A stretch of DNA of 43,131 bases, taken from the NCBI GenBank assembly GCA_051532035.1, contig JAOPTW010000055.1, forward strand, positions 1 to 43,131, given 5' to 3'. Shown one piece after another: positions 1 to 10,250 of this stretch (position 1 is its first letter; the number at the start of each line of letters is the position of its first letter). The position numbers and the translations under genes were made by a program. The notes beneath the pieces were generated by a model. It did no database searches and was not told the DNA's origin. It saw only the letters and a list, made by a program, of their open reading frames with translations. Source of the stretch: Fibrobacterales bacterium. Lineage in GTDB: Bacteria > Fibrobacterota > Fibrobacteria > Fibrobacterales > JAOPTW01.

Positions 1-1063
1 AAAAGAGTCTAAAGGTTGAAAATGAGTTTATGCCACCACCAGTCCAGTGACGATCTTCGCCAATGTAGTGATGTTCTCCACCTTCAGGAATAACGGTAAT
101 CTGAGTATCAGCTTGACTCATAAACTGGTCTGCTGTTCTCTTTCTACCATGGAGTACATTACCAGAGATAAGGCGTGAATTGTCTTTGACACCAACGGCT
201 TTAACGATGTCTTCCATTTGGATTTGACGATTTACTGTGTAGTAAGCTGGTTTTTCTGCATTGCCACCCGTTACCGCAATTACTTTGTCGGTAGGGATTG
301 TTCCGCTTTCTGCAAAAGCACCAAAAAGAATGACATTCTCTGCATTCACCGTCCAAACCTGTTCATTCATATTGATTGGATCAATACGATTGATATGAGT
401 GCTGGTGAGACCTGCAGGGTGTGGTCCTTCAAAGGTATGTGTTTCAACGCCTTCTGCATTTGCATAGGCTTCTGCTTTACAGGTTGCAGACTTTGAAAGG
501 TGTACTGTGCCCTCAGTCAGTTTTGTCATAAGGGCAAGGCCTTTTTTAAACTGAGCTTCACGACCTTTGGAGATAAAACATGGTGATGGTGCAAGAGGAC
601 CATTTGACATACAGTTTACAAAAATTGCTTTCGGCATAACTGTAGGGTCAGCAACTACATCAAATGGGCGCTGTTTGATCATGTGCCACATTCCTGATTC
701 GAGTAATTTACTGATAATGGTTGCTCTATCAGCGGTTGCATCAAGGGTACCGAATTCTTCGGCATCTTGTGTGCCATCGGTTTCGATAACAATTGCAAGA
801 AGTGCTCTTCTGTCTCCGCGAATAATCTCTTTAATTCTACCGGACGCAGTTGATACTAATCGAAGATCAGTATTCTGCTTATTAGCTACGAGGGGAGTTC
901 CGACCTTAACATAGTCGTCAACTTTGCAGAGTAATTTATATTTAAAATGATAATCTGCTGTTGAGAGCCCAGTGTATTTACCGAGTGGAATTTTAGAAAG
1001 ATTTTTCTCGGCAGCACCACTAATAGGTAAGTTAAGACCTTTAGTAATTTTGAAATGTGCCAA
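1..1063 (-). CDS. nqrA: Na+-translocating NADH:quinone reductase subunit A (3' end runs off the window)
   Basis: Absent from the ORF track. Manual translation from TTG at 1063 (CAGGAG RBS at 1069-1074) gives MAHFKITKGLNLPISGAA...VKVGTPL...SGRIKEIIRGDRRALLAIVIE, typical of the NqrA N-terminus; the same frame reads ...HWTGGGINSFSTFRLF at the window edge. Confidence 0.9.
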   Translation of the reverse strand, partial: MAHFKITKGLNLPISGAAEKNLSKIPLGKYTGLSTADYHFKYKLLCKVDDYVKVGTPLVANKQNTDLRLVSTASGRIKEIIRGDRRALLAIVIETDGTQDAEEFGTLDATADRATIISKLLESGMWHMIKQRPFDVVADPTVMPKAIFVNCMSNGPLAPSPCFISKGREAQFKKGLALMTKLTEGTVHLSKSATCKAEAYANAEGVETHTFEGPHPAGLTSTHINRIDPINMNEQVWTVNAENVILFGAFAESGTIPTDKVIAVTGGNAEKPAYYTVNRQIQMEDIVKAVGVKDNSRLISGNVLHGRKRTADQFMSQADTQITVIPEGGEHHYIGEDRHWTGGGINSFSTFRLF

Positions 1064-1436
1064 AATATCTCCTGTTTGAGGTTTGGGTAATTGTACTACT
1101 TATTTATAAATATTTTTAGAAAAATTAGCCGTTTTGCGTCTCAAAAGTAGATTAATGAGTCCTTAAGGTAAATGAATAACGTGCTATATTACAATTCTGG
1201 AATTAACTACAACATCGCTTGTTATTAATTCACAGCCAAAGGTTTGTTGAATGGCTTTGGTAGAATATGGTGATGAAGTCATTCATATGACAGGGACTTT
1301 TCTGCAGTAATATGCGCAAGAGCATGTTGGTGCTCCAATTACTGTGTATGACTCCCTTTTTCACATGAGGAGTAATTACTAGAATATGATGATTATGTGC
1401 TTGAAAGGGGAGTACGTTTAAATTATTTGAGAAGTT

Positions 1437-2270
1437 TTAGAGGCTGAATTGGTAAAATTTGTTGATCTCTGTTACAAAATTAACAATGCCTTCATTGTTG
1501 TGCTTTTGTGCTCCCGATAGAAGAATTGAGAGCTTAGAGTGAATAATTTTTTGGGCGTCTTCTTTTTGATTCTCTTTAAGATCAAAATTCTGTAGTAGAT
1601 TGTGGATTGATTTACAGCGATAGATATCCATATTTGGGTATTTGGCAGAGAGTTGATCGTCATGGCCGCCATAGCGGGTCATGAGATCTTTATCTAGGAG
1701 TCCCACTTTGTGCATGGAACTTATTTTGAGCCAAAGGTCATAATCTTCACAGGTGGGGAGTGCTTCGTTAAACCCACAGAACTCATCAAAGAGTGTACGG
1801 CTCATCATTACTGATGACGGGGTGATCATGCAATTACTCAGGCATATAGTAAAGAGGTCACCCTCTTGTTTACGAAGGTGTTTTGGTTGGTTGACTCGTG
1901 TACCATTACGAATCCATATTTCTGTAGTTTGAGAAATCGCATAGTGATTATCGAGGGTATATTCAAGCTGCTCTTTGAGCTTGTGAGGCTTCCACTCGTC
2001 ATCGGAATCTAAAAAGGTTATCCATGCACCTTTTGAGTGTTTGACCCCTTCATTGCGTGCATGACTGACTCCATTATTTGGAGTACTGATTACTTTAATT
2101 CTATTGTCAGAGAGATAGGGGAAGATGATGTCCATTGTCTCATCGGTTGAGCCGTCGTCAACGATAATGAGTTCGTAGTCTTTAAAGCTTTGTGCGCGTA
2201 CTGAATCTATTGCACGTCTTAAGCTCCAGGCCCGATTAAAGGTTGGGATAATGACACTTATCTCGGCCAT
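1437..2270 (-). CDS. Glycosyltransferase family 2
   Basis: ISVIIPTFNR, IIVDDGSTD, FLDSDD (DxD) and EDYDLW motifs; overlaps the murB 3' end. Confidence 0.9.
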   Translation of the reverse strand: MAEISVIIPTFNRAWSLRRAIDSVRAQSFKDYELIIVDDGSTDETMDIIFPYLSDNRIKVISTPNNGVSHARNEGVKHSKGAWITFLDSDDEWKPHKLKEQLEYTLDNHYAISQTTEIWIRNGTRVNQPKHLRKQEGDLFTICLSNCMITPSSVMMSRTLFDEFCGFNEALPTCEDYDLWLKISSMHKVGLLDKDLMTRYGGHDDQLSAKYPNMDIYRCKSIHNLLQNFDLKENQKEDAQKIIHSKLSILLSGAQKHNNEGIVNFVTEINKFYQFSL

Positions 2271-3151
2271 GGTAAAAAGTCGCCGATAAATATTTGCTCT
2301 TTCTCAAGGGTGATCCCGCTCTGTTTTTCGACTTGTGCAATGACTGATTCACTCAAATCATAAATGTCTTGAGCGGTTCCTTGGCCATTGTGTACCACAA
2401 AATTAGCATGCTTGTCTGATATCTGGGCATTACCGAGTGTGAAACCTTTGAGGCCTGCTGCTTCGATAAGGCGACCAGCGTAATCGCCTTGAGGTCTTTT
2501 AAACATTGACCCAGCATTGGGTAAATGAAGAGGCTGCTTGTCCATTCTTTTGTCGAGAGTAACATCCATTGAATTCTTGAGAGCTTCTGCATCACCTTCA
2601 TTCAATGTGAAAGCTGCCATTAAAATGATTTCATTATTAGCGCAAAATACACTGGTACGATACCCAAAAGCACATTCGTTATTAGTACGTTCAATGACTT
2701 CACCAGTTGAAGTTATAGAGGTGACCGAAGATATGGTATCTTTCATCTCCATGCCAAAAGCGCCAGCGTTGATATAGACGCCTCCACCAATGGTGCCGGG
2801 GATACCCATGAGGTGTTCCATACCGGCATACCCTTTGTCGGTTCCTGTTTTTACCACTCGACCAAGAGATGCTCCAGCGAGAGCTGTTACCGTATTATCT
2901 TGGATCTCAATTTTGCCAAACTTCCTGTTAAAGCTGATGATTAGTCCATCAAAGCCAGAGTCAGAAACGACAATGTTACTTCCGTGGCCGAGCACAAAAT
3001 AGGGGAGTTCTTTTTGAGAACACCAGCTGAGGAGCTCAGCGATGTCATCAATAGATTCGGGCTCTGCAAAGTAGCGAGCGGGACCACCAATACGGTAGGT
3101 TGTATAGCGGTCAAGCGGAATATTTTCGTGTATTATGCAATTCATGGGCAT
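2258..3151 (-). CDS. murB: UDP-N-acetylenolpyruvoylglucosamine reductase
   Basis: TTYRIGGPA, LGHGSN, GIPGTIGGGVYINAGA, FGYRTS, NAGSMFKRP and SDKHANF motifs. Start may be ATG 3145. Confidence 0.95.
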   Translation of the reverse strand: MPMNCIIHENIPLDRYTTYRIGGPARYFAEPESIDDIAELLSWCSQKELPYFVLGHGSNIVVSDSGFDGLIISFNRKFGKIEIQDNTVTALAGASLGRVVKTGTDKGYAGMEHLMGIPGTIGGGVYINAGAFGMEMKDTISSVTSITSTGEVIERTNNECAFGYRTSVFCANNEIILMAAFTLNEGDAEALKNSMDVTLDKRMDKQPLHLPNAGSMFKRPQGDYAGRLIEAAGLKGFTLGNAQISDKHANFVVHNGQGTAQDIYDLSESVIAQVEKQSGITLEKEQIFIGDFLPWPR

Positions 3152-3215
3152 AATGTAGATAATCGAGTGATATTGAGCAATAAAATGGTCAAAGATCGTG
3201 TATATTTAATGCACT

Positions 3216-4262
3216 ATGAATAAATGGACTAAAGACGAAATTACTCACATAAAAGACCTTAATCCCATTGAGGTGATTGCTGCAGAGCTTGGTGTCTCTG
3301 TGGTGCGCGGTCGTTCACGGTGTATATTTCCAGAGAATCATACTCATGGCGATAGGACTCCTTCTATGTCTGTGGGCAAAGGGGGCTATAAGTGCTGGGT
3401 GTGTGATTCAGTGCGTGGTGATGTGATACATTTTGTGATGCAGATTCAGGGGTGTTCATTTGCTTCTGCTCTTGAATGGCTTGCCAATCGTACACCAGGG
3501 CACTCTTTGGGGATGAGTAGTGAGCCTCCTGTAAGTGTGGGACTTAGGGGTGCGGTAGCTTCAAGGCCTGTAGCCATAAGGAGTAAGCCTCACTTTAGTC
3601 TTGACCTTGAGTATCGAAGTCAGATGATTCTCAGTTTTTTAAAGCTGTGCAAACCGGTTGATGGAGCGGTATTAAAGTATTTGGTCTCGCGCAAAATATT
3701 CAAGAAATTTGCTGATGCCCAAAAAGTTCGTATGATTGAAAATTATGATCAAGTAAACAGGGCGTTTAAAGAGCTCTATCCGATAGAAGATTTGAAGGAG
3801 TATGGGTTTTATAGCGAGACTGCTCACCTAAGGTTTTATAAGCATCCTCTCATTTTCCCTTATCTTAACAGAGAAGGAAGGCCGATCTATTTCCAGGCTC
3901 GTGCAATAGAGTCGGGAGTACAGCCCAAAGAGTTTAATATTAAAGGGCCAATTTCTATTCCGTATAATGCACGGCTCCTTGATGGAAAGCCAGGTATTGT
4001 CTTTCTTTGTGAGGGAGTTATTGATTCGCTCACGATGATTACTAAAAATTTCCCAACTATTGGTGTACCGGGAGTAAGTAGTTTCAAGGCTGAGTGGTTC
4101 GATCTTTTTAAAAACAAGAATGTTTTTATTGCATTTGATGCTGATAGTGCAGGGAAGAGAGCCGCCGAAAAGCTTCATGCTCAGTTTTCTGAACGCGGAA
4201 TCTCTTCAAGTATCATTTCGCTTCCTGATGGTGAAGATATTAATCAATGGTTTAGTACCTAG
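3216..4262 (+). CDS. Short DnaG-like primase protein (CHC2 zinc finger + Toprim)
   Basis: CIFPENH..GDRTPS...CWVC zinc ribbon; Toprim motifs LCEGVIDSL and AFDADSAG; no C-terminal helicase-binding domain apparent. Confidence 0.8.
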   Translation: MNKWTKDEITHIKDLNPIEVIAAELGVSVVRGRSRCIFPENHTHGDRTPSMSVGKGGYKCWVCDSVRGDVIHFVMQIQGCSFASALEWLANRTPGHSLGMSSEPPVSVGLRGAVASRPVAIRSKPHFSLDLEYRSQMILSFLKLCKPVDGAVLKYLVSRKIFKKFADAQKVRMIENYDQVNRAFKELYPIEDLKEYGFYSETAHLRFYKHPLIFPYLNREGRPIYFQARAIESGVQPKEFNIKGPISIPYNARLLDGKPGIVFLCEGVIDSLTMITKNFPTIGVPGVSSFKAEWFDLFKNKNVFIAFDADSAGKRAAEKLHAQFSERGISSSIISLPDGEDINQWFST

Positions 4263-4318
4263 TGGTGTGATATTTAGACTATTATTATTGCGCTTTAAGG
4301 ATTGTTTTAGTTGTTTTA

Positions 4319-4334
4319 TGTGAAATAGGTCACA
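4319..4334. promoter_or_regulatory. CRP/FNR-family box
   Basis: TGTGA-AATAGG-TCACA, a perfect TGTGA-N6-TCACA, ~90 bp upstream of the 4427 ORF. Confidence 0.6.
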
Positions 4335-4426
4335 TTACTTGTCTGGGGGTGTAAAATAATTATACATCTCCAGATCTGATTATATATTAAGTACATGGGG
4401 TTTTATTAACAGGAAAGGGGTGCATA

Positions 4427-4810
4427 GTGCGCAACTTTTTAGCATCAATGGCAATGGTATCGGGGACAGTGGTGATGGTCACTACGTTCAATAACGGGGT
4501 AAGTACTACTTCCGTTACCGGTGGCTCTATGCGTTCATCAGTCAATGAACAGAGCATTGTTATTAATACTTCTCGACAGCAAGAACCTACCTCAGATGTC
4601 GTATATGCGAAGCCAAGAGTCCATACACGAGTATTCAATATTTCGAAACATCAAATACATAATACATTCAAAGAAGGTGAAGTGATATCCTTTAGAAATG
4701 TGAATGGTGGTTCGCATAATATCACTAAAGCTCAAGTGAATAATTTAGCTTCGGGTGTTTACTTGATTCGAACTGATTCAAAAATGTATCGATTTTTAAA
4801 AAGAAATTAA
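4427..4810 (+). CDS. Small hypothetical exported protein with T9SS-CTD-like tail
   Basis: GTG start after GGAAAGGGG; hydrophobic N-terminus; C-terminus NNLASGVYLIRTDSKMYRFLKRN resembles a type A sorting domain. Confidence 0.6.
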   Translation: MRNFLASMAMVSGTVVMVTTFNNGVSTTSVTGGSMRSSVNEQSIVINTSRQQEPTSDVVYAKPRVHTRVFNISKHQIHNTFKEGEVISFRNVNGGSHNITKAQVNNLASGVYLIRTDSKMYRFLKRN

Positions 4811-4888
4811 TTTACTCCTCCTCCAAATCAATCATACAAGTCAAGGGGCCATATCTGGTTCTACTGTTGAGTATTTTTTACGATGTAG

Positions 4889-4921
4889 AAAAAAGAAAGG
4901 CCCGTTGGGGAACGGGCCTTT
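4889..4921 (-). terminator. Intrinsic terminator between convergent genes
   Basis: Perfect 11-bp stem AAAGGCCCGTT-GGGG-AACGGGCCTTT (4896-4921), with an A-run on the left that forms a U-tail on the minus strand. Confidence 0.8.
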
Positions 4922-4984
4922 GGGGGAAAGTGGTTGCAACACACATACACACACAACCACTTAAGGGGGGATCACAAGTGTTTT

Positions 4985-5551
4985 TTAGACAGTCTCCTTG
5001 TCAAAAAACAGTTTCAACTGCTTGCGAGCAGTAAAGAGTCTCGATTTAACGGTACCTTCAGGAATGTTGAGCATACTAGCGATCTCAGAGTGGTTGAGGC
5101 CTTGGTAGATGTCAAGTTCAAGAGGTACTCTCAATTTTTCATTCAATGTGTCAAGGGCTTGATTGACCAGAGATTTTAATTCAAACTCTGTATCATGACG
5201 CTTAACGCTTGATTCAATTTCGTAGGGAAGCTCATCAAATGTTTTAGTAGCCTTGGCTGAAGGGCGTTTGGCTGCCTGTAGGTGCCTCCAGCGGGCGGTA
5301 CAGGTATTGGTAACAATTCTATGAAACCAAGTCTTAAACGATGAGTTTCCTTTAAAGTTCTTTAACGAACAGTATGTCTGAAAAAATACTTCTTGGAGGA
5401 GGTCTTCGTGTTCGCCTTCTGTTCCGGTAATTTTCCAGATCAAATTATTGGCGTATGACTCATAATGGTAAAAGATCACCTTGAAGGCTTTCTTATTGCC
5501 ATTCTTGCTAGCATGTATGACCTTTGGGTCTATGTCGGCGAGTCTTTCCAT
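4985..5551 (-). CDS. ECF RNA polymerase sigma factor
   Basis: EDLLQEVF, FKGNSSFKTWFHRI and EIASMLNIPEGTVKSRLFTAR motifs. Start reassigned to ATG 5551 (AGGAA RBS) from 5647. Confidence 0.9.
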   Translation of the reverse strand: MERLADIDPKVIHASKNGNKKAFKVIFYHYESYANNLIWKITGTEGEHEDLLQEVFFQTYCSLKNFKGNSSFKTWFHRIVTNTCTARWRHLQAAKRPSAKATKTFDELPYEIESSVKRHDTEFELKSLVNQALDTLNEKLRVPLELDIYQGLNHSEIASMLNIPEGTVKSRLFTARKQLKLFFDKETV

Positions 5552-5962
5552 TGTTCCTATTCCGTGAAGTCTCTTGTAGACTTTTAATATCCATAATATA
5601 ACTACAAAATATGACTTGGCAAAGCGAAAAGTGAATAAAAAGTGCAAAATAAATGTTTACAAATGGTGTATGGAGGTTATGTATCGCTGTAATTTGTTTT
5701 AAATCAATAGCTTGAGTGTTTTATTGGCATCGTTTTCTAAGTGATTTTTATTGAGATACAAATGTCGAATTCAAGCCTAAGTAATCTTTAACGTAGACAA
5801 AATAAGTTGAAATGTGTGTTTGAGATGGGGGTGATGTAAGTTGTTTGGATGTTTATAGTAAGAGAAATGCACTATTTGTAATAGTAAATTCGAAAGTTTG
5901 TTATACTAACAGGGTATGTAAAGCATTTGATGGCATGAGTTGAGGGTAGAAATATTAAAAAT

Positions 5963-7042
5963 ATGCTTATAGTACTCGTTATGTGTTCAGTTGCATTTTC
6001 TGGTCAACGCACTAAAAAAGTGGTATTGCTTAATCCGGGGGGAGATCATTGGTTTTGGAAAATGATGATAGATTTTATGCAGAATGTTTCTGATGATCTC
6101 GACATAGATCTAGAGATTAAAACATCGGATAGGGATCATTTTCTTTCTATTGAACAAGCGCGGGAAGTTGCTACGCGTGTAGAGCCTCCTGATGTTATTA
6201 TTACTGGGAATGAAAAAAGTAATGCTAAAGAGATAATCCGCATTGCAGATAGTGCTGGAGTTGATGTTTTTCTATTTAACAATGGTTTTGTTGATCACGA
6301 GGATAGTATTGCTATGGGCAAGCCCCGTGAGGTGTATCCCCATTGGATTGGCCAACTAAATCCAAATAATTTTTCTGCAGGGTATCAGATGGGTACGTTT
6401 CTTATTCGAAAAGCGAGGGCTCAATTTAAACTTCCTTTAGATAGTACAGTGTATATTGTAGCAATAGCAGGGACAAGAAAAACACATGCCTCATCAGAGA
6501 GAGTACGTGGACTGCGACAGGCAATAGCAGAAGACGGACATTCAAAACTCTTACAGGAAATACCTGGGGATTGGACGGCTCAGCATGCGAAAGTGGTCAG
6601 TAATGTTTTTTTGAAGAGGTACCCAAAAATTCATGTGGTATGGGGGGCGAATGACTCAACTATCATGGGAGCTATGGAAAGTGCTCGTGCATTAGGAATG
6701 ATACCGGGGGTGCATGTGGTTTTTGGTGGCTGTGGTTGGTATCTACCTGCATTAGAATTAATTAAAAGTGGTGAATTGGCTGTGTCTGTTGGGGGGCATT
6801 TTATGGAGGCGGGGTGGTCGCTTGTATTGATTAATGATTATCTGTCAGGAATTGATTTCAATGAGGAGACTATTGATACTGAAATGTATGTTATCTCAAA
6901 AGAGAATGTTGGCCTGTATTTAAAAAAATCACTGGACCACAATTGGGCGTCGATTGATTTCAAAAAATTTTCAAAAAAGTATAACTCAGCACTAAAGAAA
7001 TATAATTTTAGTCTGGACGCTGTATTGAATCAACCAAAATAA
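5963..7042 (+). CDS. Periplasmic sugar-binding protein (type 1 PBP), with no ABC partners nearby
   Basis: Signal peptide; DHWFW, ERVRGL, GDWT, WGANDSTIMGA and SVGGHF motifs. Confidence 0.8.
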   Translation: MLIVLVMCSVAFSGQRTKKVVLLNPGGDHWFWKMMIDFMQNVSDDLDIDLEIKTSDRDHFLSIEQAREVATRVEPPDVIITGNEKSNAKEIIRIADSAGVDVFLFNNGFVDHEDSIAMGKPREVYPHWIGQLNPNNFSAGYQMGTFLIRKARAQFKLPLDSTVYIVAIAGTRKTHASSERVRGLRQAIAEDGHSKLLQEIPGDWTAQHAKVVSNVFLKRYPKIHVVWGANDSTIMGAMESARALGMIPGVHVVFGGCGWYLPALELIKSGELAVSVGGHFMEAGWSLVLINDYLSGIDFNEETIDTEMYVISKENVGLYLKKSLDHNWASIDFKKFSKKYNSALKKYNFSLDAVLNQPK

Positions 7043-7122
7043 TTGTTGGTGGTATTGGTTATTTAAATACCAAGATCTGCAAGGTTATGTTTTACAGAAG
7101 GGAGAGCGGTCCTTCTGTTTTC

Positions 7123-8217
7123 TTATACGTTAAACAGAAAGTGCATGATATCGCCATCTTGCACAACGTATTCTTTACCTTCTACACGTAAATCACCTTT
7201 CTCTTTTGCGGCGTTCCAGGTTCCATGTTTGAGGAAGTCACTGTAAGAGAGGGTCTCTGCTCTGATAAAGCCACGCTCAAAATCCGTGTGAATAACGCCT
7301 GCACAGGCAGGAGCCTTGTCACCGTCGTGGTAGGTCCATGCGCGGATCTCTTTTTCGCCAGCGGTAAAGTATGTTTTAAGGCCAAGGAGTGCGAACCCTT
7401 TATGGATTACTTGATCGAGTCCAGACTCATCAAGTCCGAGGTCTGCGAGGAATTCTTTTTTGTCATCAGGTTCCATCATAGCGAGTTCTGATTCGATTTT
7501 ACCACAGATAGCAACTACTTCAGAATCTTGCTTTTTGGCATATTCTTTTAGGAGTGTCACGTATTTATTGTCGGCACCAATGTCATCTTCAAGAATATTT
7601 GCACAATAAAAAAGTGGCTTTGACGTGAGAAGAGAAACGGTTTTCATTGCCTCTTCTTCGTCTTCTGTGAGTTCGACTGTTTTTGCAAGACGACCATCTT
7701 CGAGGGCAGGTTGAATTTTTTCAAGAGCAGAAACGACAGCTTTTGCGGTTTTATCTCCACCACGAGCGAGCTTGCCTTCTTTTACAATGCGCTTTTCCAT
7801 TGATTCAAGGTCTTTAAGAATGAGCTCTGTTTCAATAACTTCTGCATCGCGTATTGGGTCTACCGATCCATCGACGTGAACCACGTCAGGATCTTCAAAG
7901 CAACGAACCACATGGAGGAGGGCATCACATTCACGGATATTAGTCAAAAATTGGTTACCAAGACCCTCACCTTTGGAGGCCCCTTTTACAATTCCAGCAA
8001 TATCAACAAATTCCATTACCGCAGGAATGATTTTCTGAGTGTTGTAGGCTTCATTGAGAACATCCATGCGATCATCAGGAATCTGAACAATACCGACATT
8101 TGGGTCAATGGTACAGAATGGGTAGTTTTCGGCAGGAGCCTCATTACTGGTGAGTGCATTAAAAATTGTTGATTTGCCCACATTAGGGAGCCCTACAAAG
8201 CCACATTTGAAACCCAT
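7123..8217 (-). CDS. ychF: Redox-regulated ATPase YchF
   Basis: [44 protein letters not shown] and [13 protein letters not shown]. Confidence 0.98.
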   Translation of the reverse strand: MGFKCGFVGLPNVGKSTIFNALTSNEAPAENYPFCTIDPNVGIVQIPDDRMDVLNEAYNTQKIIPAVMEFVDIAGIVKGASKGEGLGNQFLTNIRECDALLHVVRCFEDPDVVHVDGSVDPIRDAEVIETELILKDLESMEKRIVKEGKLARGGDKTAKAVVSALEKIQPALEDGRLAKTVELTEDEEEAMKTVSLLTSKPLFYCANILEDDIGADNKYVTLLKEYAKKQDSEVVAICGKIESELAMMEPDDKKEFLADLGLDESGLDQVIHKGFALLGLKTYFTAGEKEIRAWTYHDGDKAPACAGVIHTDFERGFIRAETLSYSDFLKHGTWNAAKEKGDLRVEGKEYVVQDGDIMHFLFNV

Positions 8218-8493
8218 GATATACCTCTTTTAAAGTCGCACCAATTATAGAAAAAAAATAGTGTTTCAGAAGGTGCAATGGTTTATGGCTTGTGAGATTG
8301 GTATTTACCGGGTGAATTGGGGTTAATTGGGAAATGTGAACAGTTTTTCAACGGTAAATGGTATTATTGGGGGACGAGAGCGACAACTACTTTCTAGCGA
8401 GAATTATTAATATATACTAAGGATTGGGGATAGCTCTATACTTCATTGTTTAGAGGCTTCGTTAAGAAAATTACCACAGGGGATGACTTTTTT

Positions 8494-10125
8494 ATGATAG
8501 TACGTACATATATACTGATTTTTTTGACCGCTTTACTCTTTTTTGCTTGTTCAAATGATGGGATTACCTCTGAAGATACCTCATCCGATACTGGAGGGGC
8601 ATCCTCTGAAATTGGTGACTCAAGTGAATCTTTAGTGAACCTCTCAAGTAATGGAGGGGGAGATGTTTCGAGTGAAACGGTTTCTGGGGTGTCATCAGAA
8701 GCTGCTGGTGGTGAGTCGGATGCGAGTGATCTATCGAGTTCAAGTGAAAATAGTGATGTGAGTAGCGGTGAAAGCAGCGATGTGATTGGTGATGTGAGTA
8801 GTAGTGACGGTGGTACATCATCTGTTGATTTAGTTGAGCCTGAGGCGTTTGATGGTGCGTTGGTTGAAGAGATTTTGGGTGGAGATAATTTGCCATTAAT
8901 GTTTGCGAATAACTCTCGGTATAGTGAAGATGAGATATTTATTGCAATTGTAGCTGATAATGCACCAGGATTGCATAGTGCGCCTGTTTGGTATGATATA
9001 GCTAATCAAACAGTTCGGTTGATTAGTGCGTCTGATAATACGGTTGATTCGCCTGTTGAAACTGATAATTGGAAATACCCTGATATTTTCACTAAACTTA
9101 GTGATATATCTGATAACACTATAGCGATGCCACGATTAACAAGTGCAAAAATGTTTATTTCTTTTAAAAATATGATGTACATACATTTCCACGATGCGGG
9201 TGGCTATGCTGGACCGAGTCATAGTAATCTTTCAGATCCTAATCATGGTATACGGTATGAGACTATTGAATTTAATACATCGGGATACATTGGTTCTACA
9301 AAAACAGCATATGAGCAAGAAGGTGGAGTTACTTATAACGGTGTGTGGATAAATACCAGTAGGGTGGATGCATATCAATATCCTATGGGGGTGGAAGTAT
9401 TTGGTACTGATGTAGGTGGTGTTGGTAATGATTATAAAAAAGTAGGTGAGCTTTTAGAGCATGATGAAATTCTTAATCGTTGGAATAATACTGTTTCAGA
9501 TCCTTTTAAAAAATGCTATAACGAGCATAAACTCCCTGCAGGTGATGGCATTATTTATCAGCCTTCTAAAATACCTGAATTTGGAGTTGCTGGGGAATAT
9601 AAAAATTACTTTGATCCATACATTGATGAAGTTTGGACTGCGTTTAGATCTAAAAAGGTTCGTTTCTCTATGTTTGATGAAGGCCTTTGGGAGGGTTGGA
9701 TTGAAGGTGATGCTTTTATGGCTAAACAGATTGAAAAGAAAAATGGTGATCCTGGTGATGCAAGTGGAAGCATATCAAGTAAACCTTCGACCACTGATGT
9801 GATAGAAGGGGCCGGTGTAATGGCTGCAGGTGGAATGTACGATAAAAATGTTCAAAAATTTGTTTGTGCTTCACTTAATAGAGGAATTGTGAATCCAGAT
9901 GCTCCTGATGGTGAGTTTCAAGATTGGGAAGCGACAGATGCATTCTTTCAGCGCGATATTTATAATGAGTATGTTGGCTTTTTTCATAATCCAGAGATAA
10001 GTTATAATTCAGAAACCTATGCCTTTGCTTATGATGATGTGTATGATCTTTCATCAACGATACAGGCGACTTTTCCTGAAAAAATTCGCGTTACCATTGG
10101 TGGTTTTGTGGGGTTGAATCACTAA
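8494..10125 (+). CDS. GH64-like beta-1,3-glucanase lipoprotein with Ser-rich linker
   Basis: Lipobox FFAC; S/G/D/E linker; WINTSRVDAYQYP, CASLNRG and YAFAYDDV motifs typical of GH64. Start moved to ATG 8494. Confidence 0.8.
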   Translation: MIVRTYILIFLTALLFFACSNDGITSEDTSSDTGGASSEIGDSSESLVNLSSNGGGDVSSETVSGVSSEAAGGESDASDLSSSSENSDVSSGESSDVIGDVSSSDGGTSSVDLVEPEAFDGALVEEILGGDNLPLMFANNSRYSEDEIFIAIVADNAPGLHSAPVWYDIANQTVRLISASDNTVDSPVETDNWKYPDIFTKLSDISDNTIAMPRLTSAKMFISFKNMMYIHFHDAGGYAGPSHSNLSDPNHGIRYETIEFNTSGYIGSTKTAYEQEGGVTYNGVWINTSRVDAYQYPMGVEVFGTDVGGVGNDYKKVGELLEHDEILNRWNNTVSDPFKKCYNEHKLPAGDGIIYQPSKIPEFGVAGEYKNYFDPYIDEVWTAFRSKKVRFSMFDEGLWEGWIEGDAFMAKQIEKKNGDPGDASGSISSKPSTTDVIEGAGVMAAGGMYDKNVQKFVCASLNRGIVNPDAPDGEFQDWEATDAFFQRDIYNEYVGFFHNPEISYNSETYAFAYDDVYDLSSTIQATFPEKIRVTIGGFVGLNH

Positions 10126-10146
10126 GAATTAATAAAAAATTATTTT

Positions 10147-10175
10147 AAGGCTGCTCGATTGGGTGGCCTTTTTTT
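10147..10175 (+). terminator. Intrinsic terminator of the GH64 gene
   Basis: AAGGCTGCTC-GATT-GGGTGGCCTT stem (with G-U pairs) followed by a T-run. Confidence 0.75.
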
Positions 10176-10250
10176 GTGAAAATGTAATTGGTGTCACATG
10201 TAATATCGGTATCAATTATACTAGCCGGATATTTTTACCTGAGACAAGAG

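Noticed and set aside
218..914. Plus-strand ORFs 218-496 and 567-914
   Set aside because: Antisense shadows of nqrA.
5702..5740. IHF consensus AATCAATAGCTTG with nearby TGGCAT as a sigma54 promoter
   Set aside because: There is no GC at the -12 position (GG-N10-TA).
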